From positions 201,735 to 265,734 of the forward strand of contig CALJKW010000016.1 in NCBI GenBank assembly GCA_937980205.1: a DNA stretch of 64,000 bases, read 5' to 3'. Of the stretch, positions 54,976-61,468 are shown piece by piece (the stretch's first letter is position 1; the number at the start of each line of letters is the position of its first letter). The notes under the pieces are model-generated. The model saw only the letters and a program-made list of their open reading frames with translations, was not told the DNA's origin and did no database searches. The position numbers were made by a program, and so were the translations under genes. Source of the stretch: an uncultured Myxococcales bacterium. GTDB lineage: Bacteria; Myxococcota; Myxococcia; Myxococcales; Myxococcaceae.

Positions 54976-56125
54976 GAAGGGGCTGTACGGCGACTTCGCC
55001 ACGATGCCGCTCAAGGACCTGGTCGTCTACCTCGGAAACAAGAGGTCCACCGGCACGCTGAACCTCGAGCACGGCGCCATCCGCAAGCAGGTGGTGATCG
55101 TCTCCGGCGACGTCATCAACTCGAGCTCGAACGAGCCGCGCGAGTACCTGGGCCAGTTCCTCATCAACCTGGGGCAGATCACGGAAGAGCAGTTTCACCG
55201 TGCGTACGAGACGCAGCGGGAGACGCGCATCTTCCTGGGCCGCATCCTCGTGATGATCGGCGCGGTGAGCGAGGAGCAGGTCACCAACGCGATCAACCTC
55301 AAGACGCGCGAGACGCTGCTCGAGGCGTTCCTGTGGGAGCACGGCACGTTCGCGTTCGAGTCCGACAAGCTGCCCGAGCTGCCGCACGGGGTCGACCTGC
55401 GCGTCCCGCTGCGCGAGATCCACAAGGAGAGCGAGGCGCGCGAGAAGATGTGGAAGGCGATGCGGTCGGTCTTCACGTCGGGGAAGCTGCACCTGACGGT
55501 CGATCGCTCGCAGCTCGCCGAAGAGCCCAAGGCCAACTCGCTCGACGACCGGCTCTTGCACCAGATCGAGATCGGCAAGTCGATCGAAGAGATCATCCTC
55601 GCGCTGCACGCGACCGACTTCTTCCTCTACCAGCGGCTGTACGCGCTGCACTCGCTCGGCGCGGTGCAGGTCGACGAGGAGATCTCCATCGAGCTGTCGA
55701 TCGACGACAACACCGAAGGCCTCGACGACGCCGACGAGCCGTCGGAGGACGAGATGCTGTCGAACGCGAAGAAGTTCATGGCGCACGGCAACCTGCGCGA
55801 CGCGCTCGCGCTCGTCCGCCGCGCGCACCAGTCGCGGCCGCGGCCCGAGTCGCAGGCGATGTCGCGCGAGATCGAAGAGAAGTGGCTCGTGGAGCTGCGC
55901 AAGGAGCTGCTCGGGCAGAAGAAGACTCCGAAGGTGCGCATCGACGCGGGCGCGATTCGCGCGATGTCGCTGTCCGCGCAGGAGCGGTACCTGCTGTCGC
56001 GCATGGACGGCAAGCGCAAGCTCGCGGACATCGTGAGCGTGTCGCCGCTGCGCGAGCTCGACGCGCTGGCGCACATTCAGCGGTTCCTGGAGAAGGGCCT
56101 CATCAAGCTCGAGCTGTCGCCGTGA
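54974..56125 (+). CDS. DUF4388 domain-containing protein with an acidic linker and a C-terminal helical domain
   Basis: GAGGAG lies 5 nt upstream of the ATG. The N-terminus LKDLVVYLGNKRSTGTLNLEHGAIRKQVVIVSGDVINSSSNEPREYLGQFL is the DUF4388 signature. It has lower GC than its neighbours. Confidence 0.6.
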   Translation: MKGLYGDFATMPLKDLVVYLGNKRSTGTLNLEHGAIRKQVVIVSGDVINSSSNEPREYLGQFLINLGQITEEQFHRAYETQRETRIFLGRILVMIGAVSEEQVTNAINLKTRETLLEAFLWEHGTFAFESDKLPELPHGVDLRVPLREIHKESEAREKMWKAMRSVFTSGKLHLTVDRSQLAEEPKANSLDDRLLHQIEIGKSIEEIILALHATDFFLYQRLYALHSLGAVQVDEEISIELSIDDNTEGLDDADEPSEDEMLSNAKKFMAHGNLRDALALVRRAHQSRPRPESQAMSREIEEKWLVELRKELLGQKKTPKVRIDAGAIRAMSLSAQERYLLSRMDGKRKLADIVSVSPLRELDALAHIQRFLEKGLIKLELSP

Positions 56126-56240
56126 AGCGTGGCGAATGGCTCGGGCCATCCGGACGCGGACCCGAAGTGCCGCAAGGCGCCTAGCGGGCGAAGCCCGGAA
56201 GGTCCGCGGCCGGATTGAAAACTGATATAGGCGGCGCCAC

Positions 56241-57230
56241 TTGAACGTGGCGGGCCTGAAAGAGATCGGCATCATCTGGCGTGGAGAGCTGGTGCGTTCG
56301 CTGAAGTCCGGGCGCGCGGTGGTGCTGCTGCTCTTGTTCGTGCTGTTCACGTCGCTGGTGCTGGGCGTGATCGCGGTCTTCGCGTACGGCTTTCAGAGCA
56401 ACCAGGAGAAGAAGTTCGACGAGGAGATCGCGAGCTCTCCGTACAAGGACGACCTCGACCCGAAGAAGGTCGCGGAGCAGCGCGAGAAGGCGACGACGTC
56501 TTCGTCGTCGGGCGCCAAGAAGTTCCTCATCAACAACCTGTTCGCGGAAGACGACGCGGCGCTCGCGGAGATGCTGCTCGCGCTGCCGTTCACGCTGCTC
56601 ATCGTCTACAAGCTGACGCTCATCTTCTTGCCGCTGCTGATCACGCTGATGGGGTTCGATCAGGTGAGCGGCGAGATCAGCACGAAGTCGATTCGCTACC
56701 TGGCGGTGCGGGTCCGCCGCTCGTCGATCGTGCTGGGGAAGTTCCTCGCCCAGGCGAGCGTGCTCGCGCTGCTGACGTTCGCGTGCATCTTGATCATGGT
56801 CGCGGTGCCGCTGTGGCTCGACAAGGACTTCGCCGTCGGGAAGGCGGTGACGACGTTCCTGAAGCTCTGGGGCTGCGCGATGGTGTTCTCGCTCGCGTAC
56901 ATGGCGCTCGCGTCGCTGTGCAGCGCGGCGTTCCGGCAGCCCCCGGTGAGCCTCGCCATCAACATGATCGTGCTGTTCATGATCTGGTTCGTGGCGCTCA
57001 TCGGCAACCTGCTGCAGATACCGGGTGAGGCGGTGTCGTCGATCTCGGTGTCGTCGATGAAGACCGAGTCGGTGTTCGCGTACATCCGCTACCTGTCGGT
57101 GTGGAACTACGCGCCCGACCTGATTCACCCCAAGCTCGAGCGCTTCGCGGCGGCGGGAGCGGCGCACGTCGGCTTCGCGATGATCTTCCTGGCGGCGTCG
57201 TACCTCGTGCTGCGCGCGAGGGACGTATGA
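56241..57230 (+). CDS. ABC-2 family transporter permease
   Basis: Six hydrophobic segments. Its stop overlaps the ATG of the ATPase (ATGA). TTG or GTG start at 56241/56247. Confidence 0.6.
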   Translation: MNVAGLKEIGIIWRGELVRSLKSGRAVVLLLLFVLFTSLVLGVIAVFAYGFQSNQEKKFDEEIASSPYKDDLDPKKVAEQREKATTSSSSGAKKFLINNLFAEDDAALAEMLLALPFTLLIVYKLTLIFLPLLITLMGFDQVSGEISTKSIRYLAVRVRRSSIVLGKFLAQASVLALLTFACILIMVAVPLWLDKDFAVGKAVTTFLKLWGCAMVFSLAYMALASLCSAAFRQPPVSLAINMIVLFMIWFVALIGNLLQIPGEAVSSISVSSMKTESVFAYIRYLSVWNYAPDLIHPKLERFAAAGAAHVGFAMIFLAASYLVLRARDV

Positions 57231-58147
57231 GCGCGTCGGACACCGCGATCGAGCTGCGGCACGTCAGCAAGCACTTCGGCGCGAAGGTCGCCGTCAACGA
57301 CGTCTCTTTCGAGGTGAAGAAGGGCCAGTGCTACGGGCTCATCGGCCCGAACGGGGCAGGGAAGACGACCACGTTCTCGATGATGTGCGGCTTCCTGCAC
57401 CCGACGACGGGGCTGCTGCAGATCCTCGGCGAAGATCCTTCGAAGCCCGGCGCGCTGAAGGGCAAGGTCGGCGTGCTGCCGCAGGACGCGCTGCTGCCCG
57501 CGACGTGGCCGGTCGGCGCGTTTCTGACGTACCTCGGCAGCCTGAGCGAGCTGAAGAACCCGGAGGCCGAGGCGAAGCGGTGCCTCGAGCGCGTGGGATT
57601 GCCCGAGACGTGGAACGTGCAGTGCGGCGCGCTGTCGCACGGCATGACCAAGCGGGTGGCGATGGCGCAGGCGCTGATGGGCAACCCGCCGGTCGTGATG
57701 CTCGACGAGCCGACGGCAGGGCTGGATCCGAAGATCGCCGCGACGGTGCGGCAGATCATCCGCGACACGAAGGGCTCTGCGACGCTCGTGGTGTCGTCGC
57801 ACAACCTGCAGGAGCTCGAGGAGCTCTGTGACGCCACCGCCGTGCTCGACAAGGGCAAGCTCGTCGCCGCCTCCTCGATGGAGGAGATGACCGGCGCCGC
57901 CGCGGAGTTCCGCGTTCAGGTCGCGAAGGGGTTCATTCCCGCGGATGACGTGAAGGCGATCGACGGCGTGGTCGCGGCGGAGGTGCTGCAGGACGGGAAG
58001 CTGCTGTCCGTGCGCTTCGATGGGGCTCGCGTCGCGCCCGAGGTCGTCATTACGGCGACGCTTCGGTTGCTGGTCTCGCGCGATGTGCTCGTGCTGACCG
58101 TTGCGCGCGGCAAGCGGCTCGAAGAGCGCGTGTTGCAGCTTACGTAG
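57227..58147 (+). CDS. ABC transporter ATP-binding protein
   Basis: Walker A GPNGAGKTT, signature LSHGMTKRV, Walker B VVMLDEPTAGLD. Confidence 0.85.
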   Translation: MSASDTAIELRHVSKHFGAKVAVNDVSFEVKKGQCYGLIGPNGAGKTTTFSMMCGFLHPTTGLLQILGEDPSKPGALKGKVGVLPQDALLPATWPVGAFLTYLGSLSELKNPEAEAKRCLERVGLPETWNVQCGALSHGMTKRVAMAQALMGNPPVVMLDEPTAGLDPKIAATVRQIIRDTKGSATLVVSSHNLQELEELCDATAVLDKGKLVAASSMEEMTGAAAEFRVQVAKGFIPADDVKAIDGVVAAEVLQDGKLLSVRFDGARVAPEVVITATLRLLVSRDVLVLTVARGKRLEERVLQLT

Positions 58148-58161
58148 AAGAAGCGAAGTCT

Positions 58162-58289
58162 GCTGGGCGAGGGCAAGGGCATGTTGAAGCCCGAAGGGGA
58201 AGTTCGAGGTCCCTTTCGCTTTCCCAGCAGGCCTTTCCCCGAAGCCTTTCCCTGAGCCATGCCCTTCAACTTGCCCTTGCCCTCGCCCT
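58162..58289. repeat. Long imperfect inverted repeat (about 28-bp arms, about 72-nt spacer) filling the convergent intergenic region
   Basis: GCTGGGCGAGGGCAAGGGCATGTTGAAG (58162-58189) against CTTCAACTTGCCCTTGCCCTCGCCCTGC (58262-58289), 26/28 complementary. Confidence 0.4.
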
Positions 58290-58295
58290 GCTAAC

Positions 58296-59102
58296 TCAAT
58301 CGGGAAAGAACATGGGCTCGCGCTCGCGCACGAACGCGGCGATCGCCTTCTTGGCTTCCTCCGACAAATCCACGAACTGGACTCCGAGCCCCGGCATGTT
58401 CGCCGGGTTCCGATCGTCGACCTCTCTCACCCAGCGCACGACGCCCTTCGCCTCGATGCCTTCGCCGCCGGGCAGCCGGAAGTAGAGCTCCATGCTCGTG
58501 CCGATGGGCACCAGCTTCACCGTCGCGATGAAGACTCCTCCGTCGGACAGGTTCGTCGAGAACCCGCTGTAGAAGTTGTTGTCGCTGGAGAAGTCGATCT
58601 TCACCTGCATCCGCACGCGCGGCTGCTGGCGCTTCGGCTGAATGCGGCCGATGGCGAGCGGCTCGTCTCCCGCGGCCTCGAGCTGCCTCGCGGCCTGGGC
58701 GACCTCGCGCGCGACGGCGCGGGCGAGATCCACCTGCTGCGCGACGGCGCCTTCCTCGGCGGAGACCTTGTACTGCGTGCGCGCGAGCGCGGCGGTCAGC
58801 TCGGGGAGCTTCGCGCGCAGCTCCGCGACCGCGGCCTTGCGCGCCGAGACCGCTTCACGTCGCAGCGCTTCGGCGCGCTGCATCGCGGGCCCCTGCTCGA
58901 GCGTCGGCAGCACGATCGCCGAGATGCGCGTGCCGATGCCCTTCAAGTCGAGCCCCGTCGCGGCGGCCTGCTCGACGTGGGCTTTGAGCGCCTTGAGCCG
59001 CGTCGACAGCTCACGCCACTGCGCGAGCACGCGCTCGATCTCGGCGGCGAGCTGCGCCTCCTCGCGCTCGACCTCGGCTTCCATGTCTTCGAAGGCGTTC
59101 AC
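58296..59102 (-). CDS. PilZ domain protein with an N-terminal coiled-coil
   Basis: The C-terminal PilZ motifs RQQPR...DFSSDNNFYSGFSTNLSDGGVFI. The N-terminus is Ala/Glu/Arg-rich coiled coil. Confidence 0.7.
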   Translation of the reverse strand: MNAFEDMEAEVEREEAQLAAEIERVLAQWRELSTRLKALKAHVEQAAATGLDLKGIGTRISAIVLPTLEQGPAMQRAEALRREAVSARKAAVAELRAKLPELTAALARTQYKVSAEEGAVAQQVDLARAVAREVAQAARQLEAAGDEPLAIGRIQPKRQQPRVRMQVKIDFSSDNNFYSGFSTNLSDGGVFIATVKLVPIGTSMELYFRLPGGEGIEAKGVVRWVREVDDRNPANMPGLGVQFVDLSEEAKKAIAAFVREREPMFFPD

Positions 59103-59326
59103 TTGCGGCGCACGAGCGCCGTCATGACTCTACCGGCGGTCGTGAGGCTCACCAGTTCGTGGCCGGCGGATTCGCACAGCGCCTGGACGTCGGCGCACGC
59201 AGCGGGATCGTCTGCTTCGAGCTTCACGAGCGCGTGCGCCTTCAGCGCCTTGGCGAGCATGAGCACCGGCACCGGGCAGGCCTTGCCACGGGCGTCCACT
59301 TCGAAGGGTGAAACTTCCGTTGCCAT
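59099..59326 (-). CDS. TusA-like sulfurtransferase (SirA/YedF/YeeD family, CPxP motif)
   Basis: 75 aa with GKACPVPVLMLAKAL. Its stop overlaps the PilZ gene start. Confidence 0.65.
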   Translation of the reverse strand: MATEVSPFEVDARGKACPVPVLMLAKALKAHALVKLEADDPAACADVQALCESAGHELVSLTTAGRVMTALVRRK

Positions 59327-59383
59327 CCCGACACTGTTCGCCTAACAACTGCGCCGCTTTTTTCCAAAGGAGCAAAACCCTTC

Positions 59384-61375
59384 ATGAAACCCAATGTCAT
59401 CATCGCGCTGCTGGTCGGCGGCGTGGTCGGCTTCGCGGTCGGCCGCATGGCCTCCGGCAACCAGGGCGGTACCCAGGGCGGCGGCAACCAGCCCGTCGCT
59501 GCTGCGCCTTCTCCCTCTCCGCAGCAGCCGATGCGGCCGCAGGGCGGCGGCGGAGATGACGCGGTTCTTCGCGTCCCCGTCGACGGCTCGCCCACGAAGG
59601 GCGCCGACACCGCGCTCGTCACGATGGTCGAGTTCAGCGACTACCAGTGCCCGTTCTGCTCGCGCGCGAACAACACCGTGAAGCAGCTCGAGCAGGACTA
59701 CGGCGAGAAGCTCCGCGTGGTGATGAAGCAGAACCCGCTCTCCTTCCACCCGTTCGCGAAGCCGGCGGCCACCGCCGCGATCGCCGCGGGCGCCCAGGGC
59801 AAGTACTGGGAGATGCACCACAAGATGTTCGACAACCAGCAGAACCTCGACGAGGCCTCGCTGGAGAAGTACGCGCAGGAGATCGGCCTCAACATCGAGA
59901 AGTGGAAGGCCGACCGCAACGCGGCGAGCGTCAACGATCAGATCTCGAAGGACCAGCAGCTCGCGGCGCAGCTCGGCGCGAACGGCACGCCGGCGTTCTT
60001 CATCAACGGCCGCAAGCTCTCGGGCGCGCAGCCGATCGACCGCTTCAAGGCGCTCATCGACGAGGAGCTCGGCAAGGCGCAGGCGCTGGTGAACCAGGGC
60101 ACGCCGCCGAACCAGGTGTACGCGAAGATCATGGAGCGCGCCGCCGCGGCTCCTCCGCCCCCGCCGCAGCAGCCCCAGCAGCCGCAGCAGCCGTCGGCTC
60201 CTCCGCCGGCGTCGGTGCGCAACGTCAAGGTTCCGGATGACTCGCCGGCGAAGGGCCCGAAGACCGCGAAGGTCACCATCGTCGCGTGGAGCGACTTCCA
60301 GTGCCCGTTCTGCTCGCGCGTGGTTCCGACGCTGAAGCAGATCGAGGACACGTACGCGAAGGACGTCCGCATCGTCTTCCGTCACCAGCCGCTGCCGTTC
60401 CACCAGAACGCGAAGCCGGCGGCCGAGGCGTCGATGGCGGCGCACGAGCAGGGCAAGTTCTGGCCGATGCACGACAAGCTCTTCGCGAACCAGCAGCAGC
60501 TCGATCGCGCTTCGCTCGAGCGCTACGCGCAGGAGATCGGCCTCGACATGGGCAAGTTCAAGTCGGCGCTCGACAGCGGCAAGTTCCGCGCGCGCGTCGA
60601 GGCTGACTCGGCGGCCGGCAACGAGGTCGGCGCGAACGGCACTCCGACGTTCTTCATCAACGGCCGCGAGTTCGTGGGCGCCCAGCCGTTCGAGGCGTTC
60701 AAGGCGATGATCGACGAGGAGATCAAGCACGCGGACAAGATCCTCGCGAGCGGCGTGAAGCCGGCGCAGCTGTACGAGAAGCTCATCGAGGACGGCATCA
60801 AGAACGCGCCCGCGGCTCCGCAGCCGGGCCAGCCGGCCGCGCCTCCGCCGGTGGCGAACATCGACATCACCGGCGCGCCGGTGAAGGGCCCCAAGAACGC
60901 GCCGGTGACGATCGTGGCGTTCAGCGACTTCCAGTGCCCGTTCTGCTCGCGCGTGGTGCCGACGCTGCACGAGCTCGAGAAGCAGTACGAGGGCAAGGTG
61001 AAGGTGGCGTTCAAGCACCAGCCGCTGCCGTTCCACCAGAACGCGCGCATCGCTGCCGCGGCGTCGATGGCCGCGAACGAGCAGGGCAAGTTCTGGGAGA
61101 TGCACGACAAGATGTTCGCGAACCAGCAGCAGCTCGATCGCGCCTCGCTCGAGCGCTACGCGCAGGAGATCGGCCTCGACATGGGCAAGTTCAAGTCCGC
61201 GCTCGACTCCAACAAGTACGACGCGCAGATCACGAAGGACTCGAACGAGGGCAACGCGATCGGCGCGAACGGTACGCCGACGTTCTTCATCAACGGGCGG
61301 CAGCTCGTTGGCGCCCAGCCGATCGATCAGTTCAAGGCGATCATCGACGACGAGCTCAGCAAGAAGAAGAAGTGA
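59384..61375 (+). CDS. Triple tandem DsbA-like thiol:disulfide oxidoreductase (three CPFC thioredoxin-fold domains separated by Pro/Gln-rich linkers), membrane-anchored
   Basis: An N-terminal transmembrane helix and three repeats of ...VEFSDYQCPFCSR...GANGTP.FFINGR.... The repeats are also visible at the nucleotide level (for example GACTTCCAGTGCCCGTTCTGCTCGCGCGTGGT at about 60291 and 60921). Confidence 0.75.
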   Translation: MKPNVIIALLVGGVVGFAVGRMASGNQGGTQGGGNQPVAAAPSPSPQQPMRPQGGGGDDAVLRVPVDGSPTKGADTALVTMVEFSDYQCPFCSRANNTVKQLEQDYGEKLRVVMKQNPLSFHPFAKPAATAAIAAGAQGKYWEMHHKMFDNQQNLDEASLEKYAQEIGLNIEKWKADRNAASVNDQISKDQQLAAQLGANGTPAFFINGRKLSGAQPIDRFKALIDEELGKAQALVNQGTPPNQVYAKIMERAAAAPPPPPQQPQQPQQPSAPPPASVRNVKVPDDSPAKGPKTAKVTIVAWSDFQCPFCSRVVPTLKQIEDTYAKDVRIVFRHQPLPFHQNAKPAAEASMAAHEQGKFWPMHDKLFANQQQLDRASLERYAQEIGLDMGKFKSALDSGKFRARVEADSAAGNEVGANGTPTFFINGREFVGAQPFEAFKAMIDEEIKHADKILASGVKPAQLYEKLIEDGIKNAPAAPQPGQPAAPPPVANIDITGAPVKGPKNAPVTIVAFSDFQCPFCSRVVPTLHELEKQYEGKVKVAFKHQPLPFHQNARIAAAASMAANEQGKFWEMHDKMFANQQQLDRASLERYAQEIGLDMGKFKSALDSNKYDAQITKDSNEGNAIGANGTPTFFINGRQLVGAQPIDQFKAIIDDELSKKKK

Positions 61376-61468
61376 GCTGACGCAGTCGTTTGCGTCGCAA
61401 AGTACGCGGGCCCTGTTCGGCGCGAAAAGCCGGGCAGGGCCCGGTGCTTTCTGATATCCCGCGGCGCC

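Noticed and set aside
59342-61105. 587-aa minus-strand ORF antisense to the tri-DsbA gene
   Set aside because: The three CPFC thioredoxin repeats are only coherent on the plus strand. The minus frame is Leu/Arg/Glu-rich with no domain.
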